A stretch of DNA of 64,000 nt, taken from the NCBI GenBank assembly GCA_963666835.2, contig CAXXGO010000006.1:1568001-1632000 (forward strand), written 5' to 3'. Numbering within the stretch: position 1 is the stretch's first letter; each line of letters begins with the position of its first letter. The translations under genes and the position numbers were made by a program. This document shows positions 26,359-37,229 of the stretch, piece by piece. The notes under the pieces were generated by a model. The model did not search any database and was not told where the DNA came from. It saw nothing but the letters and a program-made list of their open reading frames with translations. This DNA is from Phycisphaerae bacterium. Lineage in GTDB: Bacteria; Planctomycetota; Phycisphaerae; UBA1845.

Positions 26359-28572
26359 ATGAACCCGCTGAAGAAGGGCTGTTACATAGCTCGGTACCTG
26401 GGCCCGAGAGTAGTGGGGCTGCGAGCGAGGGTGTATCTGGCCAATGCGTTGGGGTCCACCCGTCGCGCATTCCGTCCCAGGCCGTGGGAGGATATCGACC
26501 TCGCCTCGGTAATGTCGCGGCAAGTCCCCACCGATCCGGCGGACTATGCCCTTTTCAAGCGCGGCGACCCACCTGAGTTCCTGTTTTCCCTTGGAGAGCC
26601 GCCGGTAGTTCCGCAGGAAATGCAAGATTCAGATAGTGAGCGCACCCCGCCACTAGATGCCCGGCTGGATCTGCTAGCTGAGAACAGGTGTGTTTACTTC
26701 ATGTACACCCCGTCCCCGGAGGCGATCGACTGGCACCACAGTCCCTTCGACGATACTCGCGGCGCCTCCGACAAGATGTGGTGCGAAATCCCGGATTTCG
26801 ATCCGGCTCAGGGTGATCTGCGGGTGCTCTGGGAACCGTCGCGTGCGGCGTGGTCGATCGACTTAGCCCGCGGGCGGGCTCGTCGACTGGATACGGCTAC
26901 GGGGGAGCTCTTCTGGACATGGTGGGACTCCTGGATGGCGGCCAATCAACCGTTTCAGGGGGTCAATTGGAAGTGCGGGCAGGAGAGTTCGGTGCGGATG
27001 ATCGCGGCGGGGCTGGGGTTCTGGGCTATGGCCAACGACCCGGCGACCACGGCGGAGCGCTGGATGCAATTCGCGCGGCTGGCCTGGGCAACCGGATATC
27101 GCGTTGCCCGCCACATCGGCTATGCGGTCTCTCAAAAGAACAACCACGCCCTGTCGGAAGCGTGCGGTCTTCTGCTGATCAGCCACCTCTTTCCTGAGTT
27201 TCGGGCGGCGCGGCGGTGGGGGGCCACCGGTCGTAAGGTCCTGGCGTCGGAGTTGCGGCGGCAGGTGTACGAGGACGGCAGTTACGTTCAGCACTCCATG
27301 AACTACCACCGGGTAATGCTGCACGTGTCGCTCCTGGGGTTGCGGTTGGGGGAGCTGGCCGGCGATCCGTTTGACCGCGACCTGTACGATCGCATCGGGC
27401 GCGCGGGGGAGTTTCTGCACCAGGTGATGGACGTCGACACCGGGCGGGTTCCGAATTACGGTCACAACGACGGCGCCGATGTACTTCCCTTAAGCGAATG
27501 TGATTTTACGGATTACCGTCCGGTAGTGCAGGCCGCCCACTTCCTGGCTACCGGTCGGCGTCTTCTTCCGACCGGACCGTGGGACGAGGATCTGCTCTGG
27601 CTATTCGGGCCCGCGGCGCTGGAGGCGGATCGCGACGAACACCCGCAACCGGTCTCCACCGGGTTTGAGGTCGGCGGCTACTACACGTTGCGCCGAGACG
27701 ATAGTTGGGCGATGATCCGTTGCCACACCTACCGGGACCGACCGAGCCACGTTGATCCGTTGCACTTGGATCTGTGGTGGCGGGGGCTAAATATTCTCAG
27801 GGACTGCGGGACATATCAGTACTATATCCCCGGGCGGGGGGACATTGAACGTTATTTCAAGTCGATCGCCGGGCACAACACGGTTGAGATTGACGGGCGA
27901 GACCCGATCGAGCTGGTATCGCGCTTTCTGTGGCTGCCGTGGCCCAAAGCCCGCGTGCGGCACTACGAGCCCAGGAACGTGGCGGCTAAGTGGTTTGAAG
28001 GTGAGGCCAGGGACTACGAACGGTGCGGACTGGGCGTGCGGCACCGTCGGGCTTTGGTGGGGCTGGCCGGCAATGTCTGGGTCATTATCGACGACCTGTT
28101 TGCGCGTAAGTGGCATCGCGCAACTGTGCGGTGGCACCTCTTGGACGCGCCGTGGGAAGAGCAACCGGACGAGCATTCCATTGTGCTGTCGACATCCGAA
28201 GGGAAGCTCGCTTTGGCGTTCGAGGGTGATCCGGCTTCTGCGGAGCGGTTGGCCGTGGTGCGGGGTTGCGACGCTCCGGGCGAAGTGCAGGGTTTCGGTT
28301 CCTTATATTATGGGCGGCGCGATCCGATCCCGACGGTGGAAGCGACTTTCGCCATTTCCTGGCCTCAGAGGGTTGTGACCGTGGTGGCTCCGGGGGAGAC
28401 GGCCTCGGCGAGCTGCACCGAGCGTACCGACCAGACCCAACGCTGGGAGATCAAAGCCGACGGAGATGCGTGGATTATGGATCTGGCCAAGCCGGATCGT
28501 GTTGCCGAACGAATAATCCTCGATCACCACGCCGCTGCTGACGAGGCTACGGATTCCGAAGCGGGGTCATAG
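26359..28572 (+). CDS. Heparinase II/III-family protein
   Basis: WEPSR, NNHALSEA, EDGSYVQHSMNYHR, NYGHNDGA, HVDPLHLDLW, DCGTYQY and HNTV. Confidence 0.88.
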   Translation: MNPLKKGCYIARYLGPRVVGLRARVYLANALGSTRRAFRPRPWEDIDLASVMSRQVPTDPADYALFKRGDPPEFLFSLGEPPVVPQEMQDSDSERTPPLDARLDLLAENRCVYFMYTPSPEAIDWHHSPFDDTRGASDKMWCEIPDFDPAQGDLRVLWEPSRAAWSIDLARGRARRLDTATGELFWTWWDSWMAANQPFQGVNWKCGQESSVRMIAAGLGFWAMANDPATTAERWMQFARLAWATGYRVARHIGYAVSQKNNHALSEACGLLLISHLFPEFRAARRWGATGRKVLASELRRQVYEDGSYVQHSMNYHRVMLHVSLLGLRLGELAGDPFDRDLYDRIGRAGEFLHQVMDVDTGRVPNYGHNDGADVLPLSECDFTDYRPVVQAAHFLATGRRLLPTGPWDEDLLWLFGPAALEADRDEHPQPVSTGFEVGGYYTLRRDDSWAMIRCHTYRDRPSHVDPLHLDLWWRGLNILRDCGTYQYYIPGRGDIERYFKSIAGHNTVEIDGRDPIELVSRFLWLPWPKARVRHYEPRNVAAKWFEGEARDYERCGLGVRHRRALVGLAGNVWVIIDDLFARKWHRATVRWHLLDAPWEEQPDEHSIVLSTSEGKLALAFEGDPASAERLAVVRGCDAPGEVQGFGSLYYGRRDPIPTVEATFAISWPQRVVTVVAPGETASASCTERTDQTQRWEIKADGDAWIMDLAKPDRVAERIILDHHAAADEATDSEAGS

Positions 28573-29799
28573 GCTTCGACCGCCGCGGTGGGCTGCTTCG
28601 AGCGTGTCGACGAACATCGCACCGAGCTGATCGCGAGAGAACTGGGCTTCGGCGAGCTGTCGAGCCCGTGCGCCCATTCCCGGGAGTTCGTCCCGATGGT
28701 CCCGTAGCCAGACCACGGCATCGGCGAATGCGGTGGGATCGTCGGGGCGGACCACCATGCCGCAACGATGTTCGGAGATCATCTCCGCCAGCCAGCCGGG
28801 GTAGTTGTTGAGCACGGGCAGCCCGCAAGCGATATAGTCAAAGAACTTGTTGGGCGAAGTACCATAATAGAACGACGGGAGATTACGCAGGATCATCAGG
28901 CCGACGTCCATCTGGGGCAGGACCGAAGCGAGTTCGTTTTTGGGGATCGACGGCACCCAACTTGTCATCGGGTCGAGCCCTTCTTGGCGACTTCGCTCGA
29001 CGAGTCGGTCACGCTGGCTTCCTTGCCCGATGAAGATGAAGCGGAACCCGTTCTCGCCCCGGCGCTGGAGTTCGGCGATAGCGTCCAATACCGCATCGAG
29101 ACCGTTAGCCAGGCCGTGAGCCCCGGTGAACACAAGCCGGAACTCGTCCGCGGAGCCGAACCGCTCGTCGATCGGAGCGCCGTCTTGGGGTTTGAACAGA
29201 TCGAGATCGCATCCGTTCGGGATCATCGGGACCCGGTCTTTGGGATACCCGGTGCTGCAGATTCCGTCTTTGATTCCGGGAGAAAGAGCGATAATCCGCT
29301 CTGCCGCCCGGTAGATCTTCCGCTCCAGGCGGCGCGTGTACCAGATCAGCCCCGGATTCCGGATCACGTCGAGAGCGATCGCTATTTCTGGCCAGAGATC
29401 CCGTACCTCAAAGACGAACGGGACTTTCAGTCGCTTGGCCCCCTTCATTCCGGGCAATCCGACGGTAAGCGGCGTTGATGTGGCGAAGACGAGGTCGGCG
29501 TCTAGCCGGCCGACGAGTTTGCCCGCGGTTTTGGCGAACCCCAGAAAGGCACGCACTCGGCGGGTGAAGCTCATTCGGTTTCCGTAGGGCTCGGCGATCC
29601 GCAACACGCGGATTCCATCGATGTCGTGTTCGGTTACCCGGTCCGATCCGCCCTGGCCCGGGTCGCCCACGTCGTAAGCGCCGCAGAGCATGGTGACTTT
29701 GTGTCCCGCTTTCATTAGGCGCAGGCTCATCTCGTATGACCGGGTCCCCGTTGCCCCGGATTTGGTCGAGAAGTGCTGATGGAGATAGGCTACATGCAT
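28567..29799 (-). CDS. Glycosyltransferase family 4 (WbuB-like)
   Basis: FATSTPL, FEVRDLWPE, FTGAHGLANGL and SPNKFFDYIACGLPV. Confidence 0.93.
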   Translation of the reverse strand: MHVAYLHQHFSTKSGATGTRSYEMSLRLMKAGHKVTMLCGAYDVGDPGQGGSDRVTEHDIDGIRVLRIAEPYGNRMSFTRRVRAFLGFAKTAGKLVGRLDADLVFATSTPLTVGLPGMKGAKRLKVPFVFEVRDLWPEIAIALDVIRNPGLIWYTRRLERKIYRAAERIIALSPGIKDGICSTGYPKDRVPMIPNGCDLDLFKPQDGAPIDERFGSADEFRLVFTGAHGLANGLDAVLDAIAELQRRGENGFRFIFIGQGSQRDRLVERSRQEGLDPMTSWVPSIPKNELASVLPQMDVGLMILRNLPSFYYGTSPNKFFDYIACGLPVLNNYPGWLAEMISEHRCGMVVRPDDPTAFADAVVWLRDHRDELPGMGARARQLAEAQFSRDQLGAMFVDTLEAAHRGGRSL

Positions 29800-30867
29800 T
29801 ATTAAGAGGGACCCTCGATTCTGTGGCGTCAGCGACCTCGGCGAGGCGAACAACGCAGAAACCGGCCGGCGTTGTTCTGACATACTGTTACCGGACCGGC
29901 TTTCATCGGAGTGTAGTCCATGCGGGTTAAGGAGGCGAGTGGGACAAAGCCGTAGCGATGGTTACGCCGTTGACCGGCGCCCCCGAGGATGCTCGGTCGG
30001 TTAGGTTTGCTGTGGTTCCGGCGGTTTGTAGCGTGTTCGAACGATCGCGGCTGCAGGTGTTCGCTGTTAAGGCAGGTGTTTCGAATCCGGATTACCACCA
30101 TCCGTAGCCGTGCGTTTCGGTTGATTGGCGGGCGCTTGTATTCGACTGGAGCTGATATGGGGATACCCCACCTGTCGCTTGCGCGCCTTTATGGGGCGAG
30201 ACCTCCAGTATTACCGGTCTATGTCAATTTAGGGTACTAAAGTCGTAGCACTGTACGACCGACAATCGCCCATGGAGTACGAGGTCGTGCGCCCGGAAAT
30301 CGGGGCACGTCTTCAGATGAGTCGGGCCATCGTCGTAAGTGTTTGGATAATAGTAGTTTAGCGTGCAATCGGCGTTCGGAGGGGATCGGTTTGCGATGTT
30401 CCTCCGCGGGATTCCCGTGCGATGCCGCAACCCAACTTAAGGGGCGGTAACAATGTTGATATGCCCCCAATTTCCCATTTTTTTTCTTGTAACGGGGGAC
30501 GTTCGTGCCCATAATGGCGATAACGTGCGAAGTTCCGCGTGCCCGCGTTCAGCGCTGGAGGCTGGCTGCGCGGTGTGTTTCGCGTCGTTGGAGCGCGGCG
30601 TTAGGGAGGATATGGAAGGTTTCTTGCGGCAGACGGATTGTCGTGGGTTTACGAGTAGGAGGAAACGGAGCGTAAGGAGATGGGAAAGGAGTCGGTTGCC
30701 TCGCCTTTCTCAATCTCCGGGTCTTGGAATCGGAGTGCAATGGTACGCAAGACGGGTCGGTTTTGTGGCGGCGGTGTGTCAGGGCCGTGTCTGCGGGGTC
30801 GACATTGGTATTTCGGATTAGCGAGGAAGGCAGTACTCACGTGTCTCATTTTGGAAAGGGAAGGGCT

Positions 30868-33800
30868 ATGCGAGCGAGGATAGGCATTTCATGTCTAGTC
30901 TGTATGGGCGTCATTTTTGGCGCCGGCTTCGCGATGGCCGCGGGAAACCACGCCGTACAAATTGCGGTGATGGATGCCAGCGGAAATCTCGTGCCGGATG
31001 CTACGGTGACGTGGAACGACGTTAAGGCGGCGAGTTCCGCGGACGGCCTGTTGGTCGTCAAGGGAGTGGACAGCAAGGGTCTGGTGGAGATCGCCACGGT
31101 CTTTGGGACGGCTTCCACGATTGTGGATCTGCCGGCCGGCGAAGAGGCGATGGTAGTCATCCATGTGAGCGAAGGCACGGCCGTAGCCGAAGTGACGGAT
31201 GGCGAGCACTGGCAGGCCGGGTCGTATGCGGGCCTCGGTCTCACTAACGGCAAGCCGACGGTGTCATCGGCCAGCGGTCACTCGCTGCGAACCACGGATA
31301 AGCCGTTCGTGCAGTCGCGTCATGCTGATTCGGACGTCAAGGGCGCTCCGACCATCGAGCATGACCCGGCGGTCTCGATGCAGGGTGGCGAAGATTGTGC
31401 CTCGGCGGTGACTCTGTCTGGCGCACTGCCGATCACGATCACCGGAACGACCACGGGGTTCGCCGATGACTACAACGAGGTTTGCGACTACACCGAACTG
31501 GGCGGCTTGGACGTCGTTTACGTCTATTCGCCGACCGTTACCGGTGAGTATGACCTCAACCTTTGCGAATCGGGCTTCGATACGAAGTTGTATGTGTACG
31601 AGGACGACTGCTCGGCAGCTTTCCATGCGTGCAACGACGATGCCTGCAGCAACAGCCTCCTTGAGCCGTATCGTTCGTTCCTCTCCTGTGTGCCGATGAC
31701 GGTTGGTCACGATTACTACATCGTGGTTGATGCGTACGGTGCGGGTGAAGAGGGCGACTACGAGCTGGTTCTCTCCGAATGCGATCCGCCGGAGCCAATC
31801 GAGTGCCCGGCCGATACGCTGAACAACCCCGCGATCGGTCAGCCGGCGTACACGACTGCTGACTCGTGGGCTGCGGGTACGACGGATGAGGCCCTCGGCT
31901 ACATCCGCTACGACAGCTTCTCGGACCTGATGGGTCGTATTGAGACGGTCCATTTCTGGGGGCTGAACGGCTACTACGACGGCGGCTGGGCCGGTTGCAC
32001 CGAAGACCCCATGCTGTTCAACATCACGTTCTACGAGGACGTTGCCGGGGCGCCGGGTGCGGCGGTCTGTGACTACGACATGTGGCTCTCGGGTACGGCT
32101 ACGGGTGAGAACTTCAACGGCATTTTCGACATGTACGAGTACGAGGCCGTTCTGCCGACCTCGTGCATGCTGTTTGATGGTTGGATCTCGATTCAGGGTG
32201 CCGGCGATCCGTATTGCTGGTTCCTGTGGATGGGTTCGCCGCCTGCCAATGGCGACGGTTCTTCTCTGGTCGATGACGGTGCCGGCATCACGTCGTACGA
32301 GCATGACATGAGCTTCTGCCTGACCGGCGAGGAAATGATGTTCTTCGGAGCGTGCTGCGAAGACGTAACCAGCACCTGCGAAGACTGCGTCCTGATGGGC
32401 GAGTGCGCCGGCCGTTACGAGGTCAACATGACCTGTGACGACCTTGACCCGGCTTGCGGTGACGCGACCGGTGCTTGCTGCATGCCCGACGGAAGCTGTG
32501 CGGAGATGAAGGAAGTTGATTGCCTGGCCGCCAGCGGCGAGTACATGGGCAACTTCATCGTCTGCCCGGCTGATCCGTGCGAGCTTTGCGGTATTGTTTG
32601 CCCGGCCGGAGCGTCGGCTGAGGGTGAGGAAGTCTGCTACGATGAGTACGACGACGTCACCAACGGTGGCTGCAACAGTACGGTTCCGGTGTTCGGTACG
32701 GTCTCCGCCGGCGAGACGATCTGCGGCGATGCCGGTACGTTCACGGTCGGAGGTTCGGATAACCGTGACACCGACTGGTACGCGTACACCGCGACGGCTG
32801 ATGAGCAGTTGACCTGGACGGTCAAGGCCGAGTTCCCGGTCATCATCTTCCTGGTTGAGCACGGTGACTGTTCCGATCCGACGATCATCCTGAATGCGTC
32901 GGCCGACGCCTGTCAGGAAGTCTCGATTTCGTCCTGTGTCACGGCCGGTGAGTACTCGCTGTTGGTGATGCCTTCGGTCTTCACCGGTGTTGAGTGCGGC
33001 TCCGGTTACGTGGCCAATCTCGAAGTCGGCGCTTGCCCGACGGGTGCCTGCTGTGACTACGGCGTTTGCACGCCCGACATGACCATGCCGGGTTGCTTCG
33101 CAGCCGGTGGCGAGCTGTGGGGCGAGGGTCTCTCTTGCGACCCGAATCCCTGCCCGCAGCCTCCGGACAATGATCACTGTGACAACGCGGAAGCCGTCAC
33201 GGCTCCGGCGACGATCTTCGTCAACAACGATCTCGCTGATGATGATACGACGCCGACCTGCGTGACCAGTGCTCCGGGGCACGGCGTGTGGTACTCGGTT
33301 GTCGGTACTGGTAACACGATGACCGTCTCGACCTGTGGTGCGGGAACTGACTTCGATACGAAGCTTCAGGTCTTCTGCGACTGCAACCCGATGGTCTGCG
33401 TGACGGGTAACGACGATGACTCGTCTTGCTCGTACAGCTCGCTGCAATCGACTGCTTCGTGGTGCACCGAAGTTGGCCAGACGTACTACGTCCACGTTGG
33501 TGGCTACAGCACCAACTCGGGCAACATCGAGTTCTCGATTGTGGATGATGGCGCGGTATGCCCGGAACCGGTCGACTGCACGGTTCCGACCGGTGCGTGC
33601 TGTGTAGCCGGCGTATGTGCCGCGACGAACACCGCTCCCGAATGTGACGGGCTCGGTGGGACGTGGTTCGATGGTGAGGATTGTGCGACGTTCACCTGCC
33701 CGGTTCCGGGTGGAGAGACCTGTGCGAACGGGATTCTGGTGAACGTGCCGGCGGATCTCGACTACTCGAGCTTCAACACGACGTGCGGTCGCGGTGACGA

Positions 33801-36231
33801 TTACGGCAGCAACAGCACGTGCCTCGGCGGTTATGATAACAACGAGGACATCATCTACGAGCTGAATGTCACCGAGGACACCTGCGTTAACATCACGCTG
33901 ACTAATGCCGGCGCTGGTGAGTACATGGGTATTGCGGTTGACAGTGCTTGCCCGCCGGGCGCGACCTGCTTCGCGTACAACCTGTACGGTGATCCGGACG
34001 TTCTTGAGGGTCTCGAGCTTACCACGGGTACGTGGTACATCATGATGGACAGCCCGTCGTACAGTGACTGCGACCTGTTCAATCTTGAGATCACGCCTTG
34101 TCCGCCGCCGTGTGACATCACGTGTGACGCCGGGGCGACGCCGGAAGGTGAGCCGGTGTGCTACGACGATTACGACGACGTGTACAACGGTGGCTGCAAC
34201 AGCACCGTTCCGGTTTATAGCACAATCGCTGTTGACGAGACCATTTGTGGTGAGGCCGGTACATTCACGTTTGACGATGGCAGCGGTCCGGCCAACTATC
34301 GTGATACCGACTGGTATCAGTTCGATCTGGCCGAGCTGTCGGATTGCACGATTACCATCGAGGCGGAGTTCGACGTCCTCGCCGGGTTCGTGGATATCCC
34401 GGGTGGCGATTGTTCCGCGGCTGCGTTCATCACGTCCGGCACCGCCGCCGACTGCACGGTTCTCGAAGTGAGTGCCGCGCTTCCGGCAGGTACCAACACG
34501 ATCTTCGCGGGCCCGTCGGTCTTCGAGGGTGTGACCTGTGGGGCGGAGTATCAGATGACTCTGACCTGCGATCCGGTCGTGGTAACCGCTGGTGACAACT
34601 GTGGTGACCCGATGCCGGTTTCGATCGCTGTCGCGGATCTGCCGTACGTCGATGCCAGCCAGACGAACTGTGGCCGCCTCGACAACTATGATGATGCCAG
34701 CACAACACACTGTCTGTACTACTACGACAGTGGTGAGGACATGATCTATGAGTTGACGATTACTGAGGCGATGGACATCACGCTTACGTTGGATCCGAAG
34801 GGGACGACGTATGGCGGCGTGGCCATTGGCGATGCTTGCCCGCCGACGGATTCGTGCATCGTGGCGGTGTACGACAGCAGTGGTAACCCGAAGACCACGG
34901 AGTGCACGCACTTCGAGCCGGGCGTCTATTACATCCAGGTCGACACCTGGTCCTCGCCGGATTGCCTGCCGGACTTCGATCTGACGATCGATGCCTGCAC
35001 GCCGCCGATGGGAGCATGCTGCACCGATGACGGCGCAACGTGCAACGATACGCTTGAGGCCGATTGTGCCGGTGACTGGTACGAGGGCGAAGAGTGTGCC
35101 ACGTTTACGTGCCCGCTGCCGGCCTACTGTGAGCCGTGCTTCTCGAACGATACGGACGAGCAGATCACGAACGTGACGTTCGCCGGTATCGACAACACCA
35201 CTGGTTTCGAAGGCGATCCTTGCAGCTACGGCGATTACACCGCGATGGCGGCGACCGTGTCTCAGGGCGGCACCTACAACCTGGCGGTGACGTTCGATTC
35301 GGGTTCGTACACCGAGTGCGTCCAGGCCTGGTTCGACTGGAACGGTGACCTCGACTTCGACGATGCCGGGGAGTACTACGATCTCGGCGATGCGGCCTCG
35401 ACTACGCTGGATATGGACATCACCGTTCCGGCGACGGCGGTGGTCGGTGACACCCGGATGCGCGTAATGGTGGATTACAGCACCTGCGCGACCGTGTGCG
35501 AAACCACGTCGTACGGTGAGGCCGAGGACTACACGGTCTCGATCTCGGCCAAGAGCGTCAGCTACGGTGCCTGGGATGACACTGATACCGATGGTTATCC
35601 GGACTTCTGCGACAACTGCCCGTTCGACTACAACGATGGGCAGGAGGACGCGGACGGCGACTTCGTCGGTGACATCTGCGATAACTGCGAGAACGACGCG
35701 AACCCGCGGGTTTGCAGCGTTAGCGGTGATCCGTGTCAGCTCGACGATGAGTGCCCGGCCGGTGAGGTCTGTGAGCAGGTCGATACCGATAGTGATACTC
35801 TCGGCGACGTCTGTGACAACTGCCCGGTGAATCCGAATCCGGGTCAGGAAGACGGCGACGGTGACGGCGTCGGTAACGTCTGTGACAACTGCGGCAGCAC
35901 GCCGAACCCGGGTCAGGAAGATGCTGACGGCGACGATTTCGGTGATGCCTGTGACAACTGCCCGCTCGATGATATGAAGACAGAGCCGGGTCAGTGCGGT
36001 TGTGGCGAAGGCCCGATGTGCGGCTTCAACGTCGAGTGTGACGAGGATGCCGACGGCGTCTCGGATTGCATCGATGCTTGCCCGTTCGGCGAGTGGGATC
36101 CGGAGATGGACGGCTTCGAGGGCTGTGACGATGCGATCCCGACGATGTCGCAGTGGGGTCTGGTCGTTATGGCGCTGTTGTTGTTGGTTGCCGGAAAGGT
36201 GTACTTCGGCCGTCGGACGGCGAGGGCCTAA
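30868..36231 (+). CDS. Large secreted Cys/Asp-rich repeat protein with GEVED domain, thrombospondin type-3 repeats and IPTL-CTERM
   Basis: Signal peptide, repeated GACC modules, WFDWNGD...GEAEDYTV, DxDxDxxGDxCDNC repeats, and C-terminus IPTMSQWGLVVMALLLLVAG...RR. Confidence 0.88.
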   Translation: MRARIGISCLVCMGVIFGAGFAMAAGNHAVQIAVMDASGNLVPDATVTWNDVKAASSADGLLVVKGVDSKGLVEIATVFGTASTIVDLPAGEEAMVVIHVSEGTAVAEVTDGEHWQAGSYAGLGLTNGKPTVSSASGHSLRTTDKPFVQSRHADSDVKGAPTIEHDPAVSMQGGEDCASAVTLSGALPITITGTTTGFADDYNEVCDYTELGGLDVVYVYSPTVTGEYDLNLCESGFDTKLYVYEDDCSAAFHACNDDACSNSLLEPYRSFLSCVPMTVGHDYYIVVDAYGAGEEGDYELVLSECDPPEPIECPADTLNNPAIGQPAYTTADSWAAGTTDEALGYIRYDSFSDLMGRIETVHFWGLNGYYDGGWAGCTEDPMLFNITFYEDVAGAPGAAVCDYDMWLSGTATGENFNGIFDMYEYEAVLPTSCMLFDGWISIQGAGDPYCWFLWMGSPPANGDGSSLVDDGAGITSYEHDMSFCLTGEEMMFFGACCEDVTSTCEDCVLMGECAGRYEVNMTCDDLDPACGDATGACCMPDGSCAEMKEVDCLAASGEYMGNFIVCPADPCELCGIVCPAGASAEGEEVCYDEYDDVTNGGCNSTVPVFGTVSAGETICGDAGTFTVGGSDNRDTDWYAYTATADEQLTWTVKAEFPVIIFLVEHGDCSDPTIILNASADACQEVSISSCVTAGEYSLLVMPSVFTGVECGSGYVANLEVGACPTGACCDYGVCTPDMTMPGCFAAGGELWGEGLSCDPNPCPQPPDNDHCDNAEAVTAPATIFVNNDLADDDTTPTCVTSAPGHGVWYSVVGTGNTMTVSTCGAGTDFDTKLQVFCDCNPMVCVTGNDDDSSCSYSSLQSTASWCTEVGQTYYVHVGGYSTNSGNIEFSIVDDGAVCPEPVDCTVPTGACCVAGVCAATNTAPECDGLGGTWFDGEDCATFTCPVPGGETCANGILVNVPADLDYSSFNTTCGRGDDYGSNSTCLGGYDNNEDIIYELNVTEDTCVNITLTNAGAGEYMGIAVDSACPPGATCFAYNLYGDPDVLEGLELTTGTWYIMMDSPSYSDCDLFNLEITPCPPPCDITCDAGATPEGEPVCYDDYDDVYNGGCNSTVPVYSTIAVDETICGEAGTFTFDDGSGPANYRDTDWYQFDLAELSDCTITIEAEFDVLAGFVDIPGGDCSAAAFITSGTAADCTVLEVSAALPAGTNTIFAGPSVFEGVTCGAEYQMTLTCDPVVVTAGDNCGDPMPVSIAVADLPYVDASQTNCGRLDNYDDASTTHCLYYYDSGEDMIYELTITEAMDITLTLDPKGTTYGGVAIGDACPPTDSCIVAVYDSSGNPKTTECTHFEPGVYYIQVDTWSSPDCLPDFDLTIDACTPPMGACCTDDGATCNDTLEADCAGDWYEGEECATFTCPLPAYCEPCFSNDTDEQITNVTFAGIDNTTGFEGDPCSYGDYTAMAATVSQGGTYNLAVTFDSGSYTECVQAWFDWNGDLDFDDAGEYYDLGDAASTTLDMDITVPATAVVGDTRMRVMVDYSTCATVCETTSYGEAEDYTVSISAKSVSYGAWDDTDTDGYPDFCDNCPFDYNDGQEDADGDFVGDICDNCENDANPRVCSVSGDPCQLDDECPAGEVCEQVDTDSDTLGDVCDNCPVNPNPGQEDGDGDGVGNVCDNCGSTPNPGQEDADGDDFGDACDNCPLDDMKTEPGQCGCGEGPMCGFNVECDEDADGVSDCIDACPFGEWDPEMDGFEGCDDAIPTMSQWGLVVMALLLLVAGKVYFGRRTARA

Positions 36232-36269
36232 TTCGGGTCCAATCGCCTAACGGCGAATAGTCTCTAACC

Positions 36270-36320
36270 CTCCCGCCCTCGGAGGCCGGTATCATCGGCC
36301 CCGGGGGCGGGAGCTTTTTT
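36270..36320 (+). terminator. Intrinsic terminator
   Basis: CTCCCGCCCTCGG...CCGGGGGCGGGAG followed by TTTTTT. Confidence 0.8.
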
Positions 36321-36507
36321 ACCGAGTCGGGTCCCAAGGGTGGAGTCGATTGAACCTCAAACGGGGCTCACAAGCCGAACGCCGCTGTTCAACCGTTGAA
36401 GCGTCGGCGGGGAAGTGGGGCTGTGCCCCAGGGTGGCGCTCCGCGGTTACGCCGCTTCACTTGCCCTGTGATGCGTTGTTGAACGCCCGCGGCGTACGTT
36501 CATCCTC

Positions 36508-36594
36508 GTAGGGCAGGTCGAGGTACGAGACCTGCCACAAAGGCTCGCGATGCGCGAAGACCGCGGCAGGTCTCGTACCTCGACGCTGCCCTAC
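36508..36594. repeat. GTAG-type REP doublet (REPIN-like inverted pair)
   Basis: GTAGGGCAGGTCGAGGTACGAGACCTGCC (36508-36536) and its reverse complement with a 1-nt insertion (36565-36594). Each unit is itself a hairpin. Confidence 0.8.
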
Positions 36595-36646
36595 AGGACA
36601 GCCGGATTGGCTTGACGGCGGGGTTCGCCGCGGCTACGTAGACGGC

Positions 36647-36940
36647 ATGCCCGAATACACACGGCATCAGCAGAAGATCATCGAGCGGTACTATGACCGG
36701 CGTGACGAGATCATGCTCTCCAAGCTCGGGGAGATCGTCACGGAGCTGTTCCTGGCCGAGGATGAGGCGAAGGCGAAGCCGTTGTGGGAGCGGGCGGCCA
36801 AGGCCATGCGCGCCCTTCGCATTCCGGAAAGTATTTCAAGTCATATTACCAGTCAACGCGATCCCGAGACCCTGGCGCGGAACCTCAAACAATGGCTGGC
36901 CGCAGCTCAGCGGGGCGGAAGCGATCCTGCCCCTCGATAG
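36647..36940 (+). CDS. Small hypothetical helical protein
   Basis: 97 aa, host-like codon usage, MPEYTRHQQKIIERYY. Confidence 0.7.
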   Translation: MPEYTRHQQKIIERYYDRRDEIMLSKLGEIVTELFLAEDEAKAKPLWERAAKAMRALRIPESISSHITSQRDPETLARNLKQWLAAAQRGGSDPAPR

Positions 36941-37229
36941 GAGAGCCCTTTTCGCAGCACAGGCATTAGCTGTTGATCGGGTTCGAGCTCTGCGGCGCGG
37001 TGCGCGTGTTCGGTGGGGTTATCGGAGTGTGGGGGAGGAGGGACTCCGATCCGACTGGTCGGCGGACACGTACGTTCCCTGCGAATAATGCCCTGCAAGC
37101 ATCGAATCTACTTCTGATCGCACAGAGTGCCTAGGAGGCTCTGTTTTAACGCGGTCACGGCCGGTTCGTTTTGAGCCGGTGGGCGAGCCGACTATCATCG
37201 TCATAGTGGGCTTTGAACAGGAGACGCAG

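Noticed and set aside
31264..34911. 1215-aa - strand ORF
   Set aside because: Shadow frame of the large IPTL-CTERM gene caused by codon bias.
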